Shown in pieces: positions 1 through 9,206 of a stretch of DNA of 53,041 nucleotides. The stretch comes from Elusimicrobiaceae bacterium (lineage in GTDB: Bacteria > Bacillota_I > Bacilli_A > Acholeplasmatales > Anaeroplasmataceae): the NCBI GenBank assembly GCA_963601055.1, contig CAVCDW010000054.1, forward strand, positions 1 to 53,041. Direction: 5' to 3'. The first letter of the stretch is position 1, and each line of letters opens with the position of its first letter. Under the pieces are notes generated by a model. It did no database searches, had not been told where the DNA came from, and saw only the letters and a list, made by a program, of their open reading frames with translations. The position numbers and the translations under genes were made by a program.

Positions 1-1660
1 TCAGTTGTGGGTTACACAAGTTTTACTAAGAAAGCCAAAGTATCAAAAGACTTGAGTTTAACTACTCAAATGAACACTATTCTCCAAGGAGAGGAAACAG
101 CAGGAGAAAAGTTTAGTACTGCTCATGAAGCAGTAGTAGCACTAGAAGAAGGTGGTCTAGATGTTTCAAAATTAACACCTACTACAAATGGTTATAATTA
201 TGTATACGACATTAAGCAAAACAGAATGTTCTTACTTGATGAAGATTACAATAAAATTGCGCCATCTGATTTAGATATGAGTACTAATAAAGAAAACTTA
301 TTCGCATTCGTATCATCAGTATCAGATATGAATAAGTTTGATGGAGCATATAGTTATTATTTAAAGAGTGGATTTACTACTTCATCTACAAGCACAAAAG
401 CATCTAATACAAGTGCTATTAAAGTAATGAGTAATACTAATTCTATTTCAAGTAATACACTTACTATCACTAATGGTGGTGGTATTGATGTTGGTTCAAA
501 CAAAAACATTAATATTACTTATAACTGCGATGTTTCAAATGATATCATCATTAGAACAGCTGGAGATCAAAGCGTATTAACTATTAATACAACATCAAAT
601 GGTGCAGTAAAACTATATGGATTTGCTAAAACTGTAAAGATTGAATCTGCTAGTGCAGTTTCAGTTGCAGGGTCATGTAGTGAACTTACTGTTAATAGTG
701 GTAATGTTACAGTAGAAGAAACAGGAATTATATTTAAAGTGACTACAAGTTCAAGTGTAACTGTTACTAATAATGGATATGTTGCAGAAACTTCTGGTGA
801 TGGAAATGTAACTGGAAACAAGATTGGTGGAAACTTAACTATTTCTTCATTAGAACAACTAGAAACATTCCGTGATACAGTAAATGCAGGAGCTACTTTT
901 GAAGGTAAAACTGTTGAACTTACAAAAGACATCACATTAAAAGATGGATGGACTCCAATTGGAGAAGGTACAAGAGATGTTGCTGCTACAGCTACAGTAA
1001 AAGCAGGAACTTATTTTAAAGGTACTTTTAATGGAAATAATCATACAATTTCTAATTTAAATAATATAGGATATGTTCCTACATCATCAAGAATTGTAAA
1101 TGATAAAAATGAGAGAAGTTACACTTACGGATTATTTGCGTTAGTTGATGGAGCTACAATTAAAAATGTTAAATTAACTAATGTAAATATTGATGGTTCA
1201 AGATATAAAGATGTAAATATGGATTCAGTAGGAGCTCTAGTTGGTTATGCAAGTGGTAATTGTACGTTTGATGGTATTACTGCAAGTGGATCAATTACTG
1301 CTTATGACGCAGCAGCTGGAATTATTGGAAGATGGTATTTGGTTACAAATGCAGAACTTAATAATTGTACAAACAATGTTAATATTACAAGTTCTAAAAA
1401 AATGCGCCGGTATTATTGGAGCAATGAAGGTTGCTGACAGTGGCTTTAAGTCTTTTAAATTCAAAAATTGTAAAAACTTAGGAAATGTAACTTGTACCGG
1501 CGCTGATTGGGCTGATGCAGTTGCTACTGTTACTAATGGAAATCAAAGTAAATTTGAAAAAATGATCTTTGATGAAAATACAGTTACAAATAGTGGAATA
1601 ATTACAACTAAAAGTACGGATGATTATAGAATGTTATATTATCAAAAAAACAAGAGTTAA
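1..1660 (+). pseudogene. Cell-surface protein with GLUG-like repeats; 5' end cut by the window edge and reading frame broken at an A7 run
   Basis: The frame is open from base 1, so the GTG at 7 is not necessarily the start. Repeat units such as YGLFALVDGATIKNVKLTNVNIDG, VGALVGYASGNCTFDGITASG and AAAGIIGRW look like GLUG-type surface repeats. ORF 7..1437 stops soon after the A7 run at 1396..1402. The +1 frame (ORF 1241..1660) continues with the same repeat logic (KKCAGIIGAMKVADSG). Confidence 0.6.
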
Positions 1661-1686
1661 TAAAAATTATAATTAAAATATCTAGA

Positions 1687-1718
1687 AGGAGGATCTTAAC
1701 TGGTCTTCCTTTTTATTT
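1687..1718 (+). terminator. Rho-independent terminator after the surface-protein gene
   Basis: A 9-bp stem pairs aggaggatc (1687..1695) with ggtcttcct (1702..1710), including two G-U pairs. The loop is ttaact, followed by ttttattt. Confidence 0.55.
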
Positions 1719-1994
1719 GCTCAAATCGATAGTGGTTCTTATTGTATTAGCACTCCATCTATTTGTATCATTAGTGGTTGCATTTGTATCATTTTTGTAA
1801 GGCTAACACATTCTTGTATATAAAGACAATAATTGGTCTTTTTTTATATCAGGTATTAAAAAATATTGTCTATATATAATATTCTTTTATTACCGTTCTC
1901 ACTTTAAAAATACTAGGGTTGTAAAAAAATATGGGTATATCGATTTAAAATATGATATAATTTTTTTAAATTGATGAAAGATGAGGATATAAAA

Positions 1995-3020
1995 ATGATT
2001 TGTTTTTTAAACGATTATAATTGTATAGGTTCAAGTGAAATACTTGAAGCATTAAATAAATTTAGTAAAGAAAATAATTATGGATATGGAATGGATTATC
2101 ATACAAAAAATGCTAAAGATTATATTAAAAAAGAAATAGGAGAGCCTAATGCGGATGTTTATTTCTTTGTGGGTGGAACTGTAACAAATAGAGTGGGTAT
2201 TTATCAAATGTTAAGACCTTATGAAGCAGTTATTGCAGTAGAGAGTGGGCATATTAATGTTCATGAAACAGGCGCAGTTGAATCAACAGGGCATAAAGTT
2301 TTAACTGCAAAAGGAATTAATGGTAAATTATCATCTAATGATGTTTTAGATATATTATCTGATCATCAAGATAACCATAAAGTTTTACCACGAGCTGTCT
2401 ATATTTCACAACCTACAGAAATAGGTACTATTTATTCTAAAAAAGAAATAGAAGAAATATATAATGTGTGTAAAGAAAATAATTTGTATTTATTTATTGA
2501 TGGCGCAAGATTAGGTTGTGCTCTTGAGTGTGATGATAATGATGTTTCATTAAAAGATTTAAGTAAATATGCTGATATGTTTTATATTGGTGGAACAAAA
2601 AATGGAGCTCCATTTGGTGAGGCTTTAATTATTATAAATGAAGAATTAAAAAAGAATTTTTCTTATTTAATTAAAAACCAAGGAGCATTGCTTGCAAAAG
2701 GATATATTTCTGGAATTATTTTTGAAGAATTCTTCAAAGATGGATTATATTATAGAAATGCTAAAAACAGCATAACTATGGCAAAACGTTTAAGAGAAGT
2801 ATTCAAAAAGCATGCTATAAAAGAAGCGTACTTAAACCCTACTAATCAAGTATTTGTAGAACTTTCAAAGTCCACTTTTGATAAACTAAGCGAGTATGTA
2901 ATGTTTGAAAAATGGGAAGAAAAGAATGGCGTTATAGTTTCTAGATTTGTTACTAATTTTAATACATCAGAAGATGACATTATTCAATTAGATGAAACTT
3001 TAAACAAGATACTTGCTTGA
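1995..3020 (+). CDS. PLP-dependent threonine aldolase / beta-eliminating lyase family enzyme
   Basis: Aromatic-amino-acid beta-eliminating lyase / threonine aldolase pattern: FVGGTVTNRVG, SGHINVHETGA, FIDGARLG, and YIGGTKNGAPFGEAL with the putative PLP lysine. I chose the ATG at 1995 because GAGGA (1983..1987) lies 7 nt upstream. The ORF-track start at 1971 is a TTG without an RBS. Confidence 0.65.
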   Translation: MICFLNDYNCIGSSEILEALNKFSKENNYGYGMDYHTKNAKDYIKKEIGEPNADVYFFVGGTVTNRVGIYQMLRPYEAVIAVESGHINVHETGAVESTGHKVLTAKGINGKLSSNDVLDILSDHQDNHKVLPRAVYISQPTEIGTIYSKKEIEEIYNVCKENNLYLFIDGARLGCALECDDNDVSLKDLSKYADMFYIGGTKNGAPFGEALIIINEELKKNFSYLIKNQGALLAKGYISGIIFEEFFKDGLYYRNAKNSITMAKRLREVFKKHAIKEAYLNPTNQVFVELSKSTFDKLSEYVMFEKWEEKNGVIVSRFVTNFNTSEDDIIQLDETLNKILA

Positions 3021-3123
3021 TATAAAATTAAATAAAAAAACAGACCAAATATATGCAATTGATTTAAAAAAATTGTTTATATATTTTGATAAAAATTGTA
3101 TAATAACCATAGAGGTGATTATT

Positions 3124-4542
3124 ATGCGTAAAACAAAAATTATATGTACATTAGGTCCAGCTTCAGATTCATATGAAGTATTAAAAGAAGCTTTTAAAGC
3201 AGGACTTGATTGCGCTAGATTAAACTTTTCACATGGGACTTATGATGAAAAGAAAGAAAAAATTGATTTAATTCATAGATTAAACGAAGAATTAGGAACT
3301 AACGTTCCAGTTATGCTTGATACAAAAGGACCTGAAATAAGAGTTCGTAATTTTGAAGGAGATAAAATCCTTCTTAATGAAGGAGATGAATTTAGATTAT
3401 CTCCAGATAAAGATTTATTAGGTAATTCAAAGATTTGTGGACTTACATATCCAGATCTTGCAGACTATGTAAAAGTAGGAAATAAGATCTTGGTTGATGA
3501 TGGTAAAATTCAACTTGTTGTTACAGGAATAGAAGATAGAGTACTTGTTACTAAAGTATTAAATAGTGGAAGTATTTCTAACCATAAATCTATAAATATT
3601 CCAGATGTAATAGTAAATATGCCATATCTATCAGATGTAGATAAGAGCGATATTATCTTCGGATGTGAAAATAATGTTGATTATATTGCGGCATCATTTG
3701 TACGTCGTAGACAAGATATTCTAGATTTAAAAGAATTATTACATGAACATGGTGGAGATGATATTAAGATTATCTCTAAGATTGAAAACACAGAAGGTGT
3801 TTCAAACATGGATGATATCATTGATGAATCTGATGGAATCATGGTTGCCCGTGGAGATTTAGGAGTAGAAGTTGCTTATAAGAAACTTCCATCTATTCAA
3901 AAGGATATGATCAATAGATGTTATCATAAAGGAAAACTTGTAGTTACAGCAACTCAAATGCTAGATTCAATGCAACAAAATCCACGCCCTACACGTGCTG
4001 AAGTATCAGATGTTGCGAATGCGGTTTATGATTCTACATCATGTACAATGTTATCTGGTGAAACAGCTGCAGGTAAATATCCTATAGAAGCTATAAAAGC
4101 TATGAGCGATATTGATAGATATGCAGAAGAAGATATTAATTATAAGAATAGATTTACAAAGAATCATATTTCTTTAGGTGCAGATGAATTATCGGTAATT
4201 GCAAATAGTGCTGTTCAAGCATCATTCCAAACAAACGCAAAAGCTATTATTTGCGTTACTATGTATGGAAAGACTGCAGAAATCATTTCTGCATATAGAC
4301 CTGAATGCCCAATTATTGCGATTACAGTAAATCCAAAAGCTTGTCGTCAACTTAATTTAGCATGGGGAGTTGTTCCTGTTCCTGCTGAAAGAAAGAATAC
4401 AACAGACGAATTGTTCTTATATGCAATAGAAAAAGCAAAAGAAACTGGTCTTGTTGAAACAGGAGATAATGTAGTAATAACAACATCATCAGTAATTGGA
4501 GTTGGAGTTACAGATACATTAAAACTTCATACAGTTAGATAA
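3124..4542 (+). CDS. pyk: Pyruvate kinase
   Basis: MRKTKIICTLGPAS, NFSHG, MLDTKGPEIR and MVARGDLGVE. An AGAGGTGA RBS precedes the ATG at 3124. The ORF-track start at 3013 overlaps the upstream gene and has no RBS. Confidence 0.95.
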   Translation: MRKTKIICTLGPASDSYEVLKEAFKAGLDCARLNFSHGTYDEKKEKIDLIHRLNEELGTNVPVMLDTKGPEIRVRNFEGDKILLNEGDEFRLSPDKDLLGNSKICGLTYPDLADYVKVGNKILVDDGKIQLVVTGIEDRVLVTKVLNSGSISNHKSINIPDVIVNMPYLSDVDKSDIIFGCENNVDYIAASFVRRRQDILDLKELLHEHGGDDIKIISKIENTEGVSNMDDIIDESDGIMVARGDLGVEVAYKKLPSIQKDMINRCYHKGKLVVTATQMLDSMQQNPRPTRAEVSDVANAVYDSTSCTMLSGETAAGKYPIEAIKAMSDIDRYAEEDINYKNRFTKNHISLGADELSVIANSAVQASFQTNAKAIICVTMYGKTAEIISAYRPECPIIAITVNPKACRQLNLAWGVVPVPAERKNTTDELFLYAIEKAKETGLVETGDNVVITTSSVIGVGVTDTLKLHTVR

Positions 4543-4551
4543 TATTTATAA

Positions 4552-4587
4552 ATCTTCAAAGTTTAATATACTTTGGAGATTTTTTTA
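4552..4587 (+). terminator. Rho-independent terminator after pyk
   Basis: An 11-bp stem pairs atcttcaaagt (4552..4562) with actttggagat (4570..4580), with one G-U pair. A T7 run follows at 4581..4587. Confidence 0.8.
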
Positions 4588-4606
4588 TACACTTAAATGC
4601 ATAAAT

Positions 4607-4635
4607 TTGATTTTTAATGTAATTGATTGTATAAT
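4607..4635 (+). promoter_or_regulatory. Sigma-A-type promoter for the 4673..5779 orphan gene
   Basis: TTGATT (4607..4612), a 17-nt spacer, then TATAAT (4630..4635), directly after the pyk terminator. Confidence 0.55.
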
Positions 4636-4672
4636 AATATATACTTATGTATACGAAGGAAGAAGGGGTACT

Positions 4673-5779
4673 ATGGCAGAATTAATTGAAAAAATAAAAA
4701 TTAATGTTGATTTTGTTACAACTTTAAAAGCAAGAATGAAATCAGGAGAAATTAATAATCCACAATATAAGGCTTCTGTAAATGCTTTAGAGTTAAATAA
4801 TGATATTATGGCATACTTCGAAAAAACAAAAGAAGGAGAAGCATTAACGGGAGAATGTTTATCTAGAGTGTATTCGCTTCTTCAAACGCTCTTTGTTTCA
4901 ATTGATGCACTTTATTCTTTGAATATGATATTAACTAACAAGAAGAATAATATCAATATTAACCAAAATAGACAATTAAGAGAATTAAAATACATTAGAA
5001 ATGATGTTGTCGGACACCCTGTAAATAGAGTGTTTGATGATGCATCTGTAGGATATTGTATTTTAAAGAAAAATGATATTTCAAAGAAGAGTTTCAAATA
5101 CTATATTTACTATGATGAAAATATAAAGAAAAGAGAAGTTATCATATCATCACTTGTTGATTCATACTACGAAGAAGCAAACAAATTCTTATCACGTTTA
5201 ATTGATTACAAAGAAGAAAATAATGATGAAATATTACAAAAGATAAAACGTGCATCTATTAGACTTTCTGCGGATGAAGAAATAAAAGAAGAGATATTAC
5301 AATTAAGAAGCCTATATATTTCAAAATACCCTACACGTACAAAAACAGATGTAAGATTTATGTGGCGTGTTGAAAATATTATGAAACTTAGATCTTATAT
5401 TCCGCAAGCTGATAAAGAAGTTAAAGAAATATTAAATTATGCTTCTGGTTACCAATTAACTAAATTATCAGAGTTAATTTTAGCAGGTGATAAGGCTAGT
5501 GAAAAATTAATTGTTCCAAATAAGGTTCGTGAGCCTAAAGGATTATCTCAAATCGATAAAATAGTTTCAGGAGATAAAACACTAGAAGAAGCATTACAAA
5601 ATCTTCATGATATGACTCACCCATTATTTAATGCGTCACTTGAGAAACTTATTGCCGCATGCACTAAGGAAACACCTTACGCATTGAAGTATTTAACACA
5701 AATTCAAAAATTTAAAGATGCTGGAGAATCTAGTATTGTATATTGCTTAGGTATTGCTTGTAAAAATCATAACAAGTAA
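4673..5779 (+). CDS. Hypothetical 368-aa protein with an N-terminal HEPN-like R-x5-H motif
   Basis: The ATG at 4673 follows GAAGGAAGAAGGGG. The protein looks all-helical and I recognise no family. The motif IRNDVVGHP (R109..H115, nt 4997..5017) fits the HEPN R-x4-6-H signature about 110 aa into the protein. Confidence 0.6.
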   Translation: MAELIEKIKINVDFVTTLKARMKSGEINNPQYKASVNALELNNDIMAYFEKTKEGEALTGECLSRVYSLLQTLFVSIDALYSLNMILTNKKNNININQNRQLRELKYIRNDVVGHPVNRVFDDASVGYCILKKNDISKKSFKYYIYYDENIKKREVIISSLVDSYYEEANKFLSRLIDYKEENNDEILQKIKRASIRLSADEEIKEEILQLRSLYISKYPTRTKTDVRFMWRVENIMKLRSYIPQADKEVKEILNYASGYQLTKLSELILAGDKASEKLIVPNKVREPKGLSQIDKIVSGDKTLEEALQNLHDMTHPLFNASLEKLIAACTKETPYALKYLTQIQKFKDAGESSIVYCLGIACKNHNK

Positions 5780-5865
5780 TATAACGTTTTCATATAATAA
5801 GAATGTTTGGTATGTGTTATAATTTTTGTGTTAGATTTATTATAGAAAGACGAGGTATATAAACT

Positions 5866-7689
5866 ATGGAAATAAGAAATGTTGCGATAATTGCACACGT
5901 TGACCATGGAAAAACTACATTAGTAGATAAATTATTACAAACTGCACATACATTTAGAGAAAATCAAGTAGTTGCTGAATGTGTAATGGACTCTAACGAC
6001 ATTGAACGTGAAAGAGGTATTACAATACTTGCAAAAGTAACAGCTATTCATTATAAAAATACTAAAATTAACATCCTAGATACTCCAGGACATGCTGACT
6101 TCGGAGGAGAAGTTGAGCGTATTATGCACATGGTTGATGGTGTTATTTTGGTTGTTGATGCATATGAAGGAACAATGCCACAAACAAGATTCGTTTTAAA
6201 GAAAGCCTTAGAGGCTGGATTAAAACCAATAGTTGTTGTAAATAAAGTTGATAAACCAAGTGCTAGACCACTTGAAGTTATTGATGAAGTTCTAGAGTTA
6301 TTAATTGATTTAGGTGCTGATGAGGATCAATTAGAATTCCCAATCGCTTATACATCTGCTGTTAATAACACATCATCATTATCATCTGATATTGAAACAC
6401 AACAAACAGGTATGGAGCCAGTTCTTGATACTATTTTAAAAGAGATTGCTCCTGCATCAAATGATACAGAGGCTCCACTTCAATTACAACCAGCATTAAT
6501 TGACTATAACGATTTCGTTGGTCGTATGGGAGTAGGAAGAGTTACTCGTGGTGTTATTAAATCCGGACAAATGTGTTCTGTTGTTCGTCTAGATGGTAAG
6601 AAAGAAACATTTAGAGTTCAAAAATTATTCACATTTATGGGATTAGATAAAATAGAAACTGATAAGGTTGAAGCTGGTGACATTTGTGCTGTTTCAGGAC
6701 TTAGTGATGTTTCAGTAGGTGAAACATTCTGTGAACCTGGACATGAAGAAGCATTACCACCAATAGCTATTACTGAACCAACTGTTCAAATGACTTTTGG
6801 AACTAACACTTCTCCATTCTGCGGAAAAGATGGAAAACTTGTTACTGCATCTAAAATTGAAGATAGATTATTTAAAGAAACTGAACGTGATGTTGCACTT
6901 AAGGTAGAACGTCTTGGTACATCTGAAGAGTGGATTGTATCTGGAAGAGGAGAATTACATTTAAGTATTCTTATTGAAAATATGAGACGTGAAGGATATG
7001 AATTCCAAGTATCTAGACCACGTGCAATCATAAAAGAAGAAAACGGCGTAAAAATGGAACCATATGAGTATGTTGTAATTGATGCGCCTGCTGATTCAAT
7101 TGGATCAGTTATTGAAATTCTTGGTAACCGTAAAGGTACTATGGAAAATATGACAAATACTGAAACTCAATCAAGAGTTACTTATGTTATGCCATCTAGA
7201 GGACTAATTGGATTTAATACTATATTCATGACTGTTACAAAAGGTTATGGAATGATTTCTCATACATTCCTTGAATATAGACCAATGGAAAGTGTTAATG
7301 TTGGAGCTAGACAAACTCATGTAATGGTTTCTATGGCAGATGGACAATCTACTGCATATTCTTTAGGAGCACTAGAGGATAGAGGAGTAATGTTCGTTGA
7401 ACCAGGTGAACAAATATATGAAGGTATGATCGTAGGAGAAACTAACCGTGAACAAGATATTGCGGTTAACGTTGTAAAAGCTAAACAACAAACAAACACA
7501 AGATCTTCTAATAAGGATCAAACAGTTGTATTAAAAAAACCAAAGAAGATGTCACTAGAAGTATGCATCGAATACATCAATGATGATGAACTTGTTGAAA
7601 TTACACCAAACAATATTAGACTTCGTAAGAAGATTCTTGATACTGCAGAACGTAAGAAATTTGATGCACATCAAAAATCACAAGATTAA
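5866..7689 (+). CDS. typA: Translational GTPase TypA/BipA
   Basis: AHVDHGKTTLVD, DTPGHADFGGEV and NKVDK G-motifs. The length (607 aa) and EF-G-like domain order are typical of BipA. Confidence 0.95.
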   Translation: MEIRNVAIIAHVDHGKTTLVDKLLQTAHTFRENQVVAECVMDSNDIERERGITILAKVTAIHYKNTKINILDTPGHADFGGEVERIMHMVDGVILVVDAYEGTMPQTRFVLKKALEAGLKPIVVVNKVDKPSARPLEVIDEVLELLIDLGADEDQLEFPIAYTSAVNNTSSLSSDIETQQTGMEPVLDTILKEIAPASNDTEAPLQLQPALIDYNDFVGRMGVGRVTRGVIKSGQMCSVVRLDGKKETFRVQKLFTFMGLDKIETDKVEAGDICAVSGLSDVSVGETFCEPGHEEALPPIAITEPTVQMTFGTNTSPFCGKDGKLVTASKIEDRLFKETERDVALKVERLGTSEEWIVSGRGELHLSILIENMRREGYEFQVSRPRAIIKEENGVKMEPYEYVVIDAPADSIGSVIEILGNRKGTMENMTNTETQSRVTYVMPSRGLIGFNTIFMTVTKGYGMISHTFLEYRPMESVNVGARQTHVMVSMADGQSTAYSLGALEDRGVMFVEPGEQIYEGMIVGETNREQDIAVNVVKAKQQTNTRSSNKDQTVVLKKPKKMSLEVCIEYINDDELVEITPNNIRLRKKILDTAERKKFDAHQKSQD

Positions 7690-7699
7690 TTTATAATGC

Positions 7700-7728
7700 A
7701 AGGAAGCCTAAGTGCTTCCTTTTGTTTT
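7700..7728 (+). terminator. Rho-independent terminator after typA
   Basis: aaggaagc (7700..7707) pairs with gcttcctt (7714..7721), followed by ttgtttt. Confidence 0.8.
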
Positions 7729-7743
7729 AAGAGGTGAGATTTA

Positions 7744-9042
7744 ATGGATACAATCAATTTAGTTTCTTCATTAGAAAAAAAGAATAAAACCAAAAAAGAT
7801 ATCTTAATCACATCCATTCAATTACCACTCTTAGGAATTGTGATAGGTATTTTGGTTACACTCTTTTTGTTTATTACAACAAAAATTATAGATTTTAGTA
7901 TTAAATCTGCAAATGCTTCACTAGTATATTTGATTATATTTTTGTGTGTAATATTTGTGTTATCTGCTGTGACAAGCACAGTTAATAATAAAATACCAGG
8001 ATATATAGGTAATGGTATTTCAAAACTTACATCATATTACCAAGGAAATAATGATTTTAATCCTTATTTATTAATGATTTTTACATGGTTGAATACGATG
8101 TTAGCACTACTTTTTGGATTTACCCTAAATGTTGCGGCACCATCTGTTACAATAGGTGCTTCAATATCTAGTATTTCTAATAGAATAATTAAAAAACATG
8201 ATAGAAATATTGTAATGGCTGGTGGTTCTGCATCATTTGCAATAGTGTTTTTAGCACCAATTGCAGGTTTTATGCATCTGCTTGAGGAACATAAAACAAG
8301 AATAAGCAAAAACTTTCTTGTTAAGGGCTTCGTTGTAATAGCTACAGCTTTTATAACAGCACAATTAATAGATAGATTTATATGGGAAAGAGAAATATTT
8401 TATTTTTTAGATATTAATTATGTGCCATTTAATATGTATAATGCCATACTATCTATTTCACTTTTAACGTTTATAGTAGGTCAGTTGTATGTAGAATTTA
8501 AGAAAAAAGTTTCTAAATTAAAAGGAAAGAAAATAATGATGTTCTTAACACCATTTATTGCAGTAGCATTCATTGTCCTAAGAAGATATCAACCATATAG
8601 TGTTGGAAACGGAGCTAATGTATTAAAAACAATATTTGAGGATCAGACATTATACTTTTTGATTTTGATATTACTCGCAAGATTTATATTTATGCTTATA
8701 AGTGAAAACTCATATGTATCTGGTGGTGTCGTATTACCACTAATGGTGTTAGGTGCAATTTGCGCAGATATTATCATATGGTTCTTTAACAAGAGAGGAA
8801 GTACTCTTCAAGGTTGTGAAGACACCATAAAAGCAATCGGTATGTTTACATGCTTAGGATGCGCCGCAAATATTCCTTTAACAGCATTTATTTTAGGCTT
8901 TGAGTCAACAAAAAGTCTATATCTTTTACTACCACTTGGCGTTAGCATAGTTTTTGAACTAATTTTTAAATTTTTTACTAATTTACCATTCAAACATGAC
9001 TTTGCTGGACAAATTGAATTTAGTAATAACGATATTGTTTAG
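7744..9042 (+). CDS. Divergent ClC-family (chloride-channel-like) membrane protein
   Basis: Polytopic membrane protein. Its ClC-like blocks are GGSASFAIVFLAPIAGFMHLLEE (compare aPLaGvlFalEE) and SGGVVLPLMVLGA (compare GGiFaPsl.iGA). The GREGP-equivalent block reads NVAAPSVTIGASI, so there is no gating Glu. A GAGGTGA RBS precedes the ATG at 7744. Confidence 0.55.
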   Translation: MDTINLVSSLEKKNKTKKDILITSIQLPLLGIVIGILVTLFLFITTKIIDFSIKSANASLVYLIIFLCVIFVLSAVTSTVNNKIPGYIGNGISKLTSYYQGNNDFNPYLLMIFTWLNTMLALLFGFTLNVAAPSVTIGASISSISNRIIKKHDRNIVMAGGSASFAIVFLAPIAGFMHLLEEHKTRISKNFLVKGFVVIATAFITAQLIDRFIWEREIFYFLDINYVPFNMYNAILSISLLTFIVGQLYVEFKKKVSKLKGKKIMMFLTPFIAVAFIVLRRYQPYSVGNGANVLKTIFEDQTLYFLILILLARFIFMLISENSYVSGGVVLPLMVLGAICADIIIWFFNKRGSTLQGCEDTIKAIGMFTCLGCAANIPLTAFILGFESTKSLYLLLPLGVSIVFELIFKFFTNLPFKHDFAGQIEFSNNDIV

Positions 9043-9097
9043 TATAAATCACAACAAAACGAATAAAAATAGAATAAAAAATAAATTTAATAACTAT

Positions 9098-9132
9098 AAA
9101 TGGCGTTATATATTCAAAACGCCATTTTTTTT
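9098..9132 (+). terminator. Rho-independent terminator after the ClC-like gene
   Basis: aaatggcgtt (9098..9107) pairs with aacgccattt (9118..9127), and the T-run extends to 9132. Confidence 0.8.
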
Positions 9133-9140
9133 ATAAAATA

Positions 9141-9168
9141 TTGAAAAAAACTTAAAACATTGTATAAT
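9141..9168 (+). promoter_or_regulatory. Sigma-A-type promoter for the PFOR gene
   Basis: TTGAAA (9141..9146), a 16-nt spacer ending in TG, then TATAAT (9163..9168). Confidence 0.5.
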
Positions 9169-9206
9169 AAAATATGACATTTGATATCATGATAGGAGGA
9201 TACATT

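Noticed and set aside
567-935. Antisense or alternate-frame ORFs nested in well-supported genes. These are 567..935, 4912..5097, 6786..7031, 7317..7499, 8064..8309, 8808..8993, 10396..10653, 10985..11197, 13903..14097, 13967..14356, 17419..17679, 20645..20917, 22523..22960, 23835..24032, 24178..24471, 24551..24751, 28449..28718, 34143..34436, 35485..35676, 35870..36151, 42368..42898, 43598..43849, 44456..44719, 45183..45512 and 49892..50290.
   Set aside because: All lie wholly inside genes with clear family motifs on the other strand or frame. They have low-complexity translations and lack RBSs. This is typical of shadow ORFs in A+T-rich DNA.
1241-1660. ORF-track entry 1241..1660 as an independent 139-aa gene.
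   Set aside because: It has no RBS or sensible start. Its sequence after position 1403 continues the repeat pattern of the upstream surface protein. It is therefore the post-frameshift continuation of that gene, not a separate gene.
1717-1800. Small hydrophobic 27-codon ORF (LKSIVVLIVLALHLFVSLVVAFVSFL) just after the surface-protein terminator. I considered it as a type I toxin-like peptide.
   Set aside because: It starts only at a TTG. The nearest purine-rich stretch is more than 20 nt upstream, inside the terminator stem. It has no charged tail, and I saw no antisense promoter. It is most likely chance in T-rich sequence.
3013-3123. N-terminal extensions in the ORF track. Examples are 3013 for pyk, 4607 for the orphan gene, 9174 for PFOR, 14989 for sufC, 25968 for rpsD, 27227 for thiI, 31852 for rimM, 44069 for lipoprotein 1 and 50944 for the second ABC gene.
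   Set aside because: In each case an internal ATG is preceded by a GGAGG-type RBS at 5-9 nt and gives the canonical protein N-terminus. The upstream extension runs through promoters or terminators, or overlaps the preceding gene.
7690-7743. Fluoride riboswitch upstream of the ClC-like gene.
   Set aside because: The 54-nt intergenic region is fully accounted for by the typA terminator and the RBS. There is no room for, or resemblance to, a crcB-type aptamer.
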